Assembly: GCA_964016885.1 (NCBI GenBank)
Contig: OZ024740.1
Coordinates: forward strand, 51,212,001-51,276,000
DNA from: Eledone cirrhosa
Lineage: Eukaryota
Length of the DNA stretch: 64,000 nt
Direction: 5' to 3'
A program made the translations under genes and the position numbers. Shown here one piece after another: positions 1 through 62,149 of this stretch. Numbering within the stretch: the stretch's first letter is position 1; each line of letters opens with the position of its first letter. The notes below the pieces were generated by a model, which was not told the DNA's origin, did not search any database, and saw only the letters and a program-made list of their open reading frames with translations.

Positions 1-129
1 TAACCTTTTTTGTAGTTTGATTAAACTGTTATGACAGCAATGGAATAATAAAAACATTCTTGTATATTCTCAAACCTCTTGTTTGGATGATTTGAGGAAT
101 AATAGAAAGATATAATAATGATAATAAAG

Positions 130-300
130 ATTTCTACTGTAGGCACAAGGCCAGCAATTTGGGGGGGGAGAAGAAAGTCGATTAAATCGACCTCAGTGCA
201 TTACTAGTACTTTATTCAACCCTGTAAGGATGAAGGGCTGTAACTCTATGCTGCAAACCATGTTGTCCAATGCTCTACCGATACTGCTTATCCACTGCCC
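130..300 (-). mobile_element. SINE family A copy
   Basis: Matches the other copies in the window (ggcagtggataagcagtatcggtagag...catccttacagggttgaataaagtac). Confidence 0.7.
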
Positions 301-801
301 ATAATAATAATAATAATAATCATAAATCCATTTTTCCACGTTGGCATAAATTAGTGGTGTTATTTGAAACCAAGTCAATACTTAATCAGAAATACTGTTC
401 ACTTAGAAGGGGTGGAGGATCAGATCTTGTTCAATATATTCTAATTTGGCATGGTTTCTACAGTTGGATGGATTTCCTAATATCAACCATTTTACAGAGG
501 GTACTGGATGTAATTTATCATGGCCTGAGAGATTGTCTAAAAATTCCTCTCAACTCTATGCTGTCTATCTCCAAATACCAATTCATTTATGGGGAGTGCC
601 AAGTGTTTTATATCATAGCACTAGCCCTGGCCAAGAGCTACATAAGTTCTAACAAACATAGGATGTTACTTGCAATCAGAAATCTAAACATGAATTTGAC
701 ATTTGGCCAAATATTTGAAGATGAAGTTGATCAAATTGAGAAACTGTAGCTACCAAACACCTCCTCAACTATTTCTAACCGGACTGGCAACTTGGATGGT
801 T

Positions 802-807
802 TTTATT
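802..807 (-). terminator. Candidate AATAAA polyadenylation signal
   Basis: About 360 nt downstream of the terminal stop, just before repeat-derived sequence. Confidence 0.35.
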
Positions 808-1168
808 TATCGAAACCATTTAATGGTTTAATTTGAAATGGTTGCTTTTGACAGGATCTGCTGGAAGGGGTGTTTGAGGACACTGCCTCCCAAGATCCTC
901 TCAAGAATATGTGGGTGAAGAAGAAGACTGGCAACTTAATAGGTAAGACATACTCTTCCTTAATCCCTCTTAAATTCATCATACTGATAATTTCACTCGA
1001 CATAATGAAATGATGATGAAATGATAATCTGGTTAAGTTGATTTGGCAACCACAGTTTTTCTTATCAACCAACAGAACACTGATTTAATGACCGAATCTT
1101 ATTTAGAAATATATATTTTAATTCTAAAGTTTGGGATTAATTGCTCTTGATAAAATATACTTCAGTGG

Positions 1169-49662
<48,494 letters not shown>

Positions 49663-49777
49663 TACACCAAAAACTTTAAAAAAAATAAATATAAAAATAA
49701 GATTTCTAAAACCTACCACCACCAACATCAATATGTCAATAATAAGCCAAGAAGGGAACCTCTACATCAGGGGTTGG

Positions 49778-50173
49778 CAACTTCTTTGCCTCCATGGGCT
49801 GGATCGAGTATTAATGACGGATAGCGGGCCGGATGCAGGCCATAAAAGAATAATTATGAAAATTTACACAAGCTAAAATTTAATCACGAGTGTTGACTAT
49901 ACTTAAAAATAATGTGTATTAACCACAGATGAATGTAGTAATGCAATGAATTTTTAATTGTGTTTTTGCTGTCAAAACGTTCACATCTGGTTGGTGATAG
50001 GCATTAAGTAGAGTGAATCAGATTTGTGGAAGAATGTAACAGCAGGCCTTTTATTGTATTTGAAAGTCTTGTCTCTCATATTACAAGGAATTTAAATTTT
50101 AAATAAACAACTCATTGGGCATCAGTTCTCGTGGGCCGAATCTGGCCCATGGGCCGTAGGTTGCCAACCCCTG
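49778..50173. mobile_element. hAT (Charlie-like) MITE
   Basis: TIR caggggttggcaac / gttgccaacccctg and perfect 8-bp TSD CTCTACAT. Confidence 0.9.
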
Positions 50174-50679
50174 CTCTACATGTTCAATCGACTTGTTAGA
50201 AATAGCAGTCAAGTTTCCTCAAATCATATCCCTATAATTTTTCAAAGAAATTTAGGACACACAGAATAATATAGTCTTGGATATACTTTCGAATAAAGAA
50301 CAGAATAGTGGTGACTGGAATGCCTGTGAATGTAGGTCTGCTTAATGAAAGCTGACCTGGGGTTATACAACAACTATCATACATGTTCCAACACTTCCAA
50401 AAACCTATACAATACAGAACACAACTGCATTATCTCAGAAGAGATAGATGTCTATATCAACCATATTTGCTACATTTTTATATCAACACTTTTTACTGAT
50501 TCTTACAACAAGCATGAATATGATGTACCTATTTTAAAACCTGGAATACACTTCCAAACATCCACACACATATACAACACTACAGAACAGAAAAATATCC
50601 TAAAAACACTAACTTTCCCACTCAATTCAGACAAATATAAAACACATTCACACAGAAATATCTGCTGCTGCTCCACCTC

Positions 50680-51600
50680 CTCCTCCTTGTTTGTCCACAT
50701 ATTCCTGGGAGGGTTGTGGGAAGTCCTCAGACATGCCTTCCAGAGGATCCTGACATAAATTATCTCCAATTGATCCAGCTGGATCCCCAAGCAAGACTAT
50801 CCAAGCTCATGGATGCTATCCAACCATCTTGATTAAGGTCTACTCCTGGGTCTCCTGCCAGTTGGTTTTTGCCTGTAAAATGTGATCTCTCAGTTCTTAG
50901 AAGTAGCACCTCTATTTGGTGCAACTCCCTGATCTCTGAGCTATGCACTCTATCAAGTAACATTACACCAAAGACCCTTCAGAGGAATGCCCTTTTGGTT
51001 GCCTGTATTTTGGCATTACCCAAGATTCATGACTATAGGTAAGGGTAGGCACGATACCGAATTGAAGATTGTGAGTTTGGCTTTTAGATCTACCTCCATT
51101 CTGAAGCTGCTGCATTATTGTACCAGCTCCTGTAATTCGTGCACTTAATTCCGCCTCTTGCCTTCTATCACTCATGAAAATAACTCTAAAATACTTGAAC
51201 TTCTCCACCTGCTTCAGTGGAACTCTACTCACATGTAGTGTGCACTGTGCAAGCTAACTCGAGAGGACAAGTGTCTCAGGCTTTGCAGCAGTGATTTTCA
51301 TTCTGGCCATACAGAATTTGGCAGCAAACCTATCAAGTGCATGTCAAAGATCATTCCCTGATGAGTTAAGTAGTACCATATCATCTACAAATTCCAGCTG
51401 ACTGATCTTACACCTGCTGGTCTTGATACTACTTCTAATATGGCTGTGCATGTCAATCCTGTTCCTGACGATTATGAACAGGAGAGATGACAGTATGCAC
51501 TCTTGGAGGAGTTCGACATTCACATTGAATGGTTCCGAACACAAACACCAGGGCATTCATTTAGGGGCTTCAGGGCACAATAAGCTGTCCATACTCAACA
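50680..51600 (-). mobile_element. Degenerate RTE-like RT fragment
   Basis: LQECILSSLLFII, EFVDDMVLL, QVEKFKYF and PTLTYSHESW motifs. Confidence 0.7.
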
Positions 51601-52823
51601 GTCACATTAGCCCTAAATATCAAGAACTATACTGTGATGCATTTATACTCATGCTCTGACTGAATCCATTTTGCTTGCCTCTGCTGTCACCACCACCACC
51701 ACCACCACAGCTCATAGCCTCTAAGTGGTCTCAAACGAAAAGACATATTAGATAAATAAACCATTAAAATAGTGGAGGGTCAAAACTGAAACACATCTAA
51801 TCCCAGGTCTGCTCAATTAAGTCTGGTATGATGTTAAATGAATAACAACAATATGAGTGGAGAAATAAACTAGAGTGTAGTAGAGAGTTGAGAGAGTAGA
51901 TGTCCAAACTGTCACACTGTACCCCATATGATTTATCACTGCATGTTGGGATATGCTGTATAGTTCTCAAAAACGTGATATAACCAGAACAATAGATTTG
52001 TAGGCCATACCTAGTTGTTCAGCGGACTACATGTAGCTTAATTGTTCACAGATGACCTCAGGCAGGACAAAACAAGACAAAAATGGAGCATCTACAGAGT
52101 TGCTCACCCTGCTAACAAGAGCAGTCAAATTTCTTCTCAAACCACACACTACCATCATAAGAGAGCAAGAACACATTGGATAATGAATTTCCTAGATAAA
52201 TTATTTGAGAGAAAAGATGGGATCGTCTGCATGTTTGAGTGCACAGTGTTGTTCTAGAACACTAGATCTTTGGATTGCATCTAGTCATTTATCAGAGGTG
52301 GCAGATTGACAGAAGCAGTAGAATGTTGGATAGAATGTTTTGCAGTATTCATTCCAGCTCTCTGCACTCCATGTCCAAATCCTTTTGAGGCCAATGTTAC
52401 TTTTTATCCTTTTAATGTATATATATAAAAAAAGTACCAATCCAATACTGGAATCAATTCTTTCTCACTCCCTCCTTCTTTGGAAGGAATCAGCTGCATT
52501 CAGACCTGGAGAGCGTTGGACCCTGCTAGGTTAAAAATGCCCAAGACATGTTATATGTTGCTATGGCACCCCTACAACTCCAACAGCAGCTACATGTCCA
52601 TATATACATGTCATTGGCCCTGAGAGGTGTGCTCAACTAGGGTTGACCAGGGCTAAACAACTACAACAATAACAACAACGCTCAATAACACTCGTCATGA
52701 TGTCTGGGTTTTTTTTATCTTTTCATTCAGAAAAAACAACAGAAGCATAAATTAATAAATAAAGCACGAAAAACAAAAGAAAAAAAAAACAGAGTGTAAG
52801 ATATGTAGTTAAGAGACACTTAC

Positions 52824-52866
52824 ACAAATTGGTTTATTTAGAAGGTTAGCAAACTGCTGAAAATAC
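52824..52866 (-). other. Putative 5'UTR exon of the TNIP1-like gene
   Basis: ttttcag acceptor and GTAAGT donor. When spliced, it supplies an in-frame TAA upstream of the ATG at 49662. Confidence 0.55.
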
Positions 52867-55169
52867 CTGAAAATTAAAAAATTAAAACAAAAAAATCAGA
52901 AACAAAACAGCAATAATAATAATTGTTTCTACTATTGGCACAAGGCCAGCAATTACTCAGTGTATTACTGGTACTTTATTTTATCGACCCCGTTAGGATG
53001 AAAGGCAAAGTTAACCTCGGCGGGATTTGAACTCAGAATGGCAAGAGCCGTAACTTTCTAGTATAGGCACAAGGCCAGTAATTGCCGAAATAATAACAGC
53101 AATGTCTTTTAACTTTTTTATTAACATATTTCTAATGAAATTAATTTTCAAAATAATCGAGAATTTAGCGGGATTTAGTAAAATAATTTCATTTTAACAT
53201 TGTTAAGCTGATGTTTCGGATATCACTGAATAAGATTATGATGGAAGACGTTAACCCTTTAGCATTTAAACCGACCATTTTCAGCCAGAATTCTCTCGCT
53301 TCTTTCTGTTTAAATCGGCCGTAACTGGCCACTCATACTGATATTAAAACCTTGTTCTCAAAATAAATAGCATCAAAATCTCGTAGCTTTGATATTATGT
53401 GATGTAAAGTGTTTACTACAAAAATATAAAGCAATGAAAATGGTAAAGTCTTAAATAGATAATGGACAGTTTTGTATTAGAGGTAATCTCAGACTGGCTG
53501 GTATCAAAAGGGCTTTGAACATTAAAGAAGCGGTAGCTTCGTTTTGAGCATGTACTTCATATGGATGAGACATGCAGGGTAAAGTAGTTATCCACACAGC
53601 TGTGTTGGGTCAAATTACAAGAACTATGGATACCTTTATGCAGTTACTCAATCTACTGGAAATAGCAGTCAAATCTTCCTTAAATAACACCCTGTTAATT
53701 TAAATAAGAAAAGGACAATGTGACAACATAGATGTGATGGTCGAGGATATGATTGAGTTGATCATCATGGTTCTGCTTGATCAGGGTTGTCATTCCGCAG
53801 TAAAATATTCAAGTGGAAATATCTTGCTTAAAAGTTGCCATTAGTGAAAAATGGTGATTAGCAGTATTTCATACATCTATGTTTACTATACTAGACAGCT
53901 CTCCATGAGCATTATGAAAGAGTCATTTTAACAATTCAAAAACCACGCAAATACTGTTAAATTCACTTCACTTATCACTTATTTTTTGTCAAAATTTGCA
54001 AGTCACTTGCTAGACAAATACAATTCTGAAAGTATAGCATTGATTTTCAATGAAATCCAATACTCTTAAGCAAACTAAACTAATTGTTCATTAGCGGATA
54101 CTAATTATTACATATCTGCGTATACATAATTTCTCATTCGCTGCTTGAGTTTTAGATTCGCTATATTTACAGAACGTTAGTTCCGGATTCTGTATTGAAA
54201 TTTAGTTTCAAATTCAGATTCATTACCTTGACTTTTGTTATTCTGCCGATTATTTTGTTTCCCACAACATCAAACTGAAGATGTCATAGTCAATAGAGCA
54301 AGTAAACTTCAGATGCTTTCTTCATTACATATCTGTAAGAGTCTATTTAATCATGAATGAACAAGTATCTTTTCTCATAAAACATTATCATAACAAGCTT
54401 TGCGGCATAGAATTATTGGCCTTTATGTTCCGAGTTCAAATTTAACCGAGGTTAGCATCGCCTTTCATCTTTAAGGAGTCGATAAACTAAGGTATCAGTC
54501 ACGTTCCTGAATCCAAAACCACTAAATTTGAAACACTATAAAATTAAATAATGTATCAAAAACAAAAAATATTCAATCATAAAATCAATCAAACCACAAT
54601 ATATATCCACAACTTCATACTTATCATCCTTTTCCTCTCACTTTCCAAACCCTACACAGCAAGGAGGGCTTTTCGGTTGGGACAATAACCAACCTCTCTA
54701 GTGTCGGTGCCATGAAAATGCACCCGGTGCACCATGTAAGATGGTTGGCGATAAGAAGAGAACCCCACTGTAGAAACCATGCCTAAAGGGGTTTAGAGGA
54801 CCCTTCGGTTGTGTCAATGGCGCGACAATCTCTGTAATATTGATGATCTACGCGATAAACGCACCCAGTACACGCAGTAAAATGATTGGTAATAGGAGTG
54901 GTCTCAAGTTATAGAAAACTTGGTAAACAAAGGGTTAGGCGGGCCCTTCAGTTGTGTTAAAGACTTGTTAATCTCTCTAGCGCTGGTGCCATGATAAAAT
55001 GCATTCTGAGGAGCATGGGACCGTATGTATGAGATGCGAATCCCAGCCTGTCTGGGAAGTTAGTAGCTCCCAGGTCTGTGAAGACCCGTCCAACCCTTGC
55101 TAACAGGGAAAGCGGGCGTTAATGATGATGTTGATGATATATATATATATATATATATATGTGTGCGTA

Positions 55170-55535
55170 TGTGGCTGAGAGAAAGGAGTACTCAATACCG
55201 AAGTGGAGTTTATCACAGGGTCATCAGTCAAGAACTAACGTTTCAATGACAGACACTTAAAAATGGCGAGTAAATATCTGAAACCTCTTAATAATCGTAT
55301 TTAAGACTATTCAACAGAATTCGTAATATAATCGGCTTGTCTCAAAACAGTTCCGGCGGACAGAATGGAGAAGGCGTTACCCCGAAGGACGGCAAGGGAG
55401 ACGCGCTGGAAAAGCCACTCCAACTCGCGGGGCTCACACCTGCGGCTGGTCAGCTCAGCGCCTATGGTGGTGAGTAGGGAAGTAGCCCTAGGGCCGAGGA
55501 CACAAGAAGTCTCCACTGCAATTACAGACACAGTA
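55170..55535 (-). mobile_element. CRE-clade non-LTR retrotransposon 3' fragment (restriction-like endonuclease tail)
   Basis: IAVETSCVLGP...EPRELEWLFQRVSLAVLRGNA matches the CRE C-terminal QRxSxAxxRGNA motif. Confidence 0.7.
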
Positions 55536-56044
55536 TAAATAAGGAAGACTTGAGGTGGGGGATTTAATTGAGAAGGGTAATTAAGTTAGGATGGGCAAGG
55601 TGGCGGCGGCAGTGGGAGGAATAGGGTTGTGTGAAAGAAGATGAAGGTTGGTAGTGGACATAGCCAGAGAATTTTAGCTAAAAAAAAAAAAACCCAAAGA
55701 AAAAAATTATTTGTCACTGGTGGGAGTGCCTTCCTATAATTATACGAGTAAATTTATGTTTAAAGTATGTCTCAAGCCAGGAGGGCTTGTCCTAGTTTCG
55801 TGGCATTAAGCGACTTAGAGTTCAAGACTCTCCTCTGGACAGGACGCCAGTCCATCGAAGGGTGAAACCCCCAGCTATTGCTGGTACTCATTTTCAGCTG
55901 ACTATACAGGAGCAACGTGAAATGAAGCGTTTTGCTTAAGCACACAACACAACCCAGAAATCGAACCCATGACATTATGATCGTACCCTTACCAATAGGC
56001 TTCGCGTCTCCACACACATACACATATATATATATACACATGGT

Positions 56045-56280
56045 AAATTTATAGAAAAGCACCCGCTGGGGATCGCTAAGAAATTCTTTTTGTCCTATTT
56101 TTTTCTTCGTGTTTTCAACTAATCTGACCTCCCGAAAACGGGAGGGGGTCATTCCGTTTTCTGAAAAAAAGTCTATTGCGAGTATATCGGAGAGCAGATT
56201 AGTTGAAAACACACGAATATATATATAGGAAAAAAAATAATTTCTTCGCGATCCTCAGTGGGTGCTTTTCTATAAATTTA
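56045..56280. repeat. Inverted-repeat (MITE-like) element
   Basis: aaatttatagaaaagcacccgctggggatcgc / gcgatcctcagtgggtgcttttctataaattt. Confidence 0.7.
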
Positions 56281-56554
56281 AATGGCTGATGGGTGCTCAT
56301 CTGTAACTCCGAGAGTCCCTCCTCCCCGCCTCCGTTTTCAGAAATAAAAGTCGTTAGTGAGTGAGTCGAGTGTCAGATCGGTCGAAAACAAACGAAAAGA
56401 TCTAGAAGAGAAAAAAATTCTCACCGAAGAAATCTCCGCGCCTGGGAAAATCCGAGTACCCCACCCCCATATTTTGTTTTCGGGGGTAGGGGGTCGATTG
56501 CGAGCATGTCGCAGGTCAGATTAGTTGAAAACACGAAAAAAACTAGAAAAATGA

Positions 56555-58060
56555 GCACTACAACGCTATTAGCTGTCAGTGGAAGCAGCCGATGAAAGCA
56601 GGCGAAGATGACGTCACTCGTCAAACATCGTTTATTTCCGTTTTACTACCACGCGTAAGTGGAGTTTTCACGCGTTTTTTAGATATAGAGAGAGGGGAAG
56701 AGAGAGAGAGAGAGAGGAAGACTTAAAAGGGCCAAATTAGAAAACAAATAGAAAACAAGTCATGGTTATAAAGCATATCGATGTAAGTGAAGTTACTTAA
56801 ATGAAAATATAGGTGGCCCTTAAAAGGGCCAAATTAGAAAACAAATTTAAGTTTATTAGAAAACAAGTCATGGTTATCAAATAAATTGGATTTAATCATT
56901 TATATTTTCATAGTCATGGTTATTAATGTAGAAAACAAGTCATTTTCACCAACAGTGGAGTTACTTCTGACAGCTAATACCATGAACTATATTTTCATAG
57001 TCATGGTTATTAATGTAGAAAACAAGTCATTTTCACCAACAGTGGAGTTAAATGAAAATATAGGTGACCCTTAAAAGGGCCAAATTAGAAAATAAATTTA
57101 TGGTTATCAAATTTTTTTCACCAACCCTTTATGAAGAAATGTTTAGAAAACAAATTTTTTTCACCAACCTTATTCAAAAGCATGGATACAGTCCACATGG
57201 AGACAAGAGACAGTCCCCATGGAGATTGATGGTATCTGCAGTAGTAGCGGTAGCGATGGTTAATTCCATTAACAATTTGGCCCTTTTAAGGGCCACCTAT
57301 ATTTTCATTTAAGTTAACTCCACTGTTGGTGAAAATGACTTGTTTTCTACATTGATAACCATGACTATGAAAATATAGTTCATGGTATAAATATAGTTCA
57401 TGTCAGAAGTAACTCCATTGTTGGTGAAAATTCATTTAGGTTCATGGTATTAGCTGTCAGAAGTAATTCCACTGTTGGTGAAAATGACTTGTTTTCTACA
57501 TTGATAACCATGACTATGAAAATATAAATGATTAAATCCAATTTATTTGATAACCATGACTTGTTTTCTAATTAACTTAAATTTGTTTTCTAATTTGGCC
57601 CTTTTAAGGGCCACCTATATTTTCATTTAAGTAACTTCACTTACATCGATATGCTTTAATAAAAAAATAAATTTTAAAAAAACGCGTGATATTTTCATTT
57701 AAGTAACTCCACTTACATCTATATGCTTTAATAAAAAAAAAAAATAATAATAAAAAACGCGTGAAAAAAAAATGTTTTCATTTAAGTAACTCCACTTACG
57801 CGTGGTAGTTTTGCTTTCATCGGCTGCTTCGACTGACAGTGCCAAATCTTTTGCCCCCAAATACAATGTCAATTATTTGTTCACACTTCAATTTACTATT
57901 TTCTAGAAATGTGCCTTTTCTAATCGACACCATTAGCAGTAGCGATGATTAATTCCATTTACGCTGGGGTATAATGTAGAATTCATATTTTTCAAGTTGC
58001 AAATACGTGACGTCACATTCTTCTACTTTCACTTCTGACAGCCAATTCCGTTGTAGTGCC
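56555..58060. mobile_element. Foldback-like element with long, internally repetitive inverted arms
   Basis: ctgtcagtggaagcagccgatgaaagca and ctaccacgcgtaagtggagtt are mirrored at 57785-57840; the modules tagaaaacaagtcat and ttaaaagggccaaatt repeat in both arms. Confidence 0.75.
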
Positions 58061-58100
58061 TTCTTTCTTTCTATTTATAATATTAATACTTCTCTTCATT

Positions 58101-58279
58101 TCGGTGGATTGGCAGTATCGGTAGAGGGTCGGACACCATGCTTTGACGTATAGAGTTACGGCCCTTGCCATTCTGAGTTCAAATCCCGCCGAGGTTAACT
58201 TTGCCTTTCATCCTTACGGGGTCGATAAAATAAAGTACCAGTTAATTGCTGGCCTTGTGCCAAAAGTAGAAACAATTAT
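58101..58279 (+). mobile_element. SINE family A, young copy
   Basis: Near-identical to the copies at 11282, 34665 and 52920. Confidence 0.85.
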
Positions 58280-61200
58280 ATTTGTTAGTAATATGCATGT
58301 AAAATGACTCAACATACGTGATGATATTTAAAAAGTGCTTTGCTGATTCTGTCTGAAGATTTGTTAAGGTTACACACACCACAGTGGAATATCCAGTCAG
58401 TTACGTGTGATTGAAGAAGTGTATGAATGTCACCCATCAACTAGTTATTTTATATGGTTATGCCCACGGGGCGCAGCCCCATTACCGCCGCACCCTAAGC
58501 CCAGACACTAGAATCCTTGCCTTTACATTCCATTCTTGCTTGTCACCTAATTGACATTTATTGATCAAAGATATCTGTCAATGGGTGATCAGCCCCACTG
58601 ACCATTTCCCAAACTATACCAACAGCTAGATAAATTAATGTAAAGAGAATCAAATGTCCGGTTCTGAAACACAACATAACTCCTGACATAAAGCTCGACA
58701 ATTACGTCTCCACGACTAATAGTACATTTTAGAATTCGAAATTTATTACGGTACCTGAAAAATATCTACGCTCTGTGTTCATAGAATTTACACGATGATC
58801 CGATGGTGACATATTTGTAACGGAATATTATATGTGGTTGTAACGATAAGTGGATGGATGGATGTAACTGTTGGTATGGGTGTTTCGATGTAAAGAATAA
58901 TACCCGGATTGTGTTGTTACAAAGTTTATTTTATTATAACAATATTCAATTTGAATATTGAATGATAAAATCAATGACACAAAATATTCATACAATAATT
59001 TGGTGGCTCTTCGAGCCACGTAAATTCAAGTATCAAAGAATACGATTATAATATGTGTAAACAAATGAATGGTGCGTGTACAAATGCTGAACTCACTATG
59101 AATGCGTGTGTGCTTGTATTGCAGGAGTCAGCGATCAGCCAGGAAGGTGAGAATAAGTGGCAGACTGGTTTTTCGTGACGAGAGCTTGTAAATGCGCACT
59201 TGTCTTGTCTGTATATCACTTCTTTTCTATTCGAGGCGTAAACAATCCCTGTATTTATAAGAGTTAGAAGGATAGATATATCCTCTGAACTTTGGTTAGT
59301 CTCCCAACTGATTAGTTTGCCAAGCGTAAACAAGTCAGAAAGATGGATATATCCTCTGACCTATTTTCTGTCAGGCGTAAACACCTCTGACCTGTGTTTA
59401 GCCTCTCCCAAGGGGTTAGTCTCTTGAGCGTATAAACAAATTACCACGGCTTGTCCCAGAGACGGGAAAGCTCAGATTCGGTTTCGAATCTTCGCCGCCG
59501 TTATATATTGATAGGCTTATCATAATTTTCAAGCCCTGAACAAGGAAGCTTTTAAACCAGGGTGTAATGTGATCCTATATATAAATTTGGTTATGTCTCG
59601 GAAGCTGCTACTACGCAGGTTGGGATTGTAAATATTAAGGTAACAAAATCGGATGAAGAAAGAGGTGAAGTTGAATTGAGAAGAGAAAGAAAGAACAAGA
59701 ATCAGAGATAACTTGTCCTTTCTTCCACTTCCCCACTTTGACTTCACCTGATTTTGTTGCTTTAATATTTAAGTCCCACCAGCATAGTAGCGGCTTCCGA
59801 GGAATAACCAATTTTCATATTCCACAATGCTCACCCACAAATATTTACCTATATTCAATAAAACCCTGATCATTTGGAAGAATTTAAAATCACAACAGCA
59901 ATACGATTAATATAACAAAAAAAGTTTTACATTTATTACTCTAAAAATCTTAGCCTATCGACTTTCGTCAAATCGGACCGAAGAAACAATGTTTCCGCCG
60001 GTCTTTCCAGTTGCTAATACTATCGGTCGTGACTCCAGGTAGAAGGAGAAACATGAAATAAAGTGTCTTGCTCAAGGACATAACGCATCACCCAGTCCAG
60101 GAATCGAACTCACAACCTCACAATTGCGAATTCAATTCTCTAACCACTCAGCCACGCACCTTCATCTTAGCCTATCATGTAACAAATCAATTGAATTAAC
60201 TACTATCCTAATAAATAATTTTACTCCTGAAGTACTTCAGCTGGCAACTAATTTGGAGTTCCCTAAAATGTGCAAAATATGTTTATAATTTCTTTTCTTT
60301 CTGAATTAAAAAAAATAATAATTTTATCAATGTAATCTACAGAACAGGGAAGATGGGGGGGGGGGGGGGAGAAAGACTAGTATGATGTCACAAGTATGAC
60401 GTCATGGATGTATGACAGGCGTGTATGGTTGAAGGAGTGAGAAAGTATGTCCTTTCAGACATCAAACAAGGCCCTTCCCTGACAATATCCGGTTTTTCAA
60501 TTCTAGATATTTCTACCATACTTGCGATTTCACCTCTTATTTTTCTGATTCAACATACAGGAATTCCCAAGGAGTGCTAGTTGTAAATTACTGTTATGAC
60601 CTGGAGAACAGGTGGATTAATGACTGAGTCTTGGTTGACCCCAGTAGCACTTCAAATTCTCCACTGTACTCATTGCCAACTCTCACCTTGCTAGTAGCAC
60701 CTCAATACATGGGTTGCACAAAACTCATGAGCCATTCATGTACACTTAGCTTCTTTAATGCCCACCAGATTACAGTGCAAGGGACCCTGTCAAAGGGCTC
60801 CAGATCTACAATTCCAGGTACAGAGGTTTACTTTTAGTTAAGTACTTTTCCTGCAATTGTTTCACAAGAAAGAGGGCATCAGTAGCAGCTTCATTCTATT
60901 CCTAATTAGTTGTGTTACACTATCAACTTATAGCCTTTACTCTAAGGTTACAGATAACTAATTATTGTCGGGAGATACAATCTTCAGAAAAAGAGTTGGC
61001 ATTTAAGACCACTTGTTTGTCTCATTTCCTGGTGCGAGTGCAGTCCCATCCTCATCATTTAACGCCAGTTTTCTCTGCTAGCAAGGGTTGGATGGGCCTT
61101 CACAGATCAAGTCAGTATTTAAGTGAGGCTACCGAACTCCCAGAAAGGCAGGAAGTCTGCATCTCGCTTACATACTTAACTGCGCTCTGCTGAGTACTAG

Positions 61201-62149
61201 GGGAGTTGTAATATCCTTGTATGTATGTATGTGTGCATGCATCTATATGGTAAGGAAAAAACAATGACAACCAGTCACAAGATTCTTAACGTTTTCTGTG
61301 TGTGTGTGTTTTCCTTGATAGGTCTGGATGGAGGTGCTGTGCCCTTGGCCTTCACAGGTCCATGGAGACTGGAGAGAATGATGATGTTGATGTTATGATA
61401 AAATTGCTGCTGATCCACTCTTTTGGGAAAGGCCAGTGCAGGGATGGAGCTCCACAGTGGTTAGTGTAGGGACTTTGACACAATATGTATGATGAGAAGA
61501 GGAGAGACAAAATGAATCACATGTGGAGGTAGCATGAGTTCAGCAAGCTTCAAGGAACAGGGTCAATTTTGTAGTAGCAGTAGAAGAGATAAAGCGGGAA
61601 GACAACACATTCAGAGGCCAGAGGCTGTAGTGAGTAAGAGGAGGATTTTAAATTCATTAGCCGACTGGGTTTTTGTTCTGGATGTGGTCAAGGAACCTAG
61701 TGTGAGCAACAGCATCATTGCCCTAGATATGAGAGCAGTACTCCATTGTGGGTATGGCATGAGCTTTGTAGAGGGTTACTAGTTATTAGAAGTTGACGTA
61801 GTTTCTGGCCTTGAAGAGAAGGATAAGTCATTCTAGCTACATTATAGACATAATTTCTCCATGATGATGATGATGATAGAACTCAGTATCTCCCAGATAC
61901 TGGCAAGGTGCTCTAACTATTAAGGTAAGGGACACCTGAAAACATCTTACCATCTAAATTCGTTGGCCTTATCTCATATCCAAGAATTAATTTTTTCTCT
62001 TCTTTCTTCTTTACCCACTTATTCCTGAGAGGGTCATGGGGGTAGAGTCCTCAAACACTCCTTCCAGTGGGTCCTATCAGAAGCAACTATCTCCAAGGGT
62101 TAGATAACATCCATCAGCCAAGCTCATGGATGTTATCTAACCCTTCCAC

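Noticed and set aside
270-749. 159-aa ORF on +
   Set aside because: Overlaps a SINE, an (AAT)n run and an antisense LINE remnant; no recognisable protein motif
55200-55260. GAAAC...CTGATGA hammerhead-like motif on the minus strand
   Set aside because: Stems I and II do not pair convincingly
58840-59505. Possible solo LTR (tgtaacg...cgttata)
   Set aside because: Single copy in the window, imperfect ends and no clear TSD
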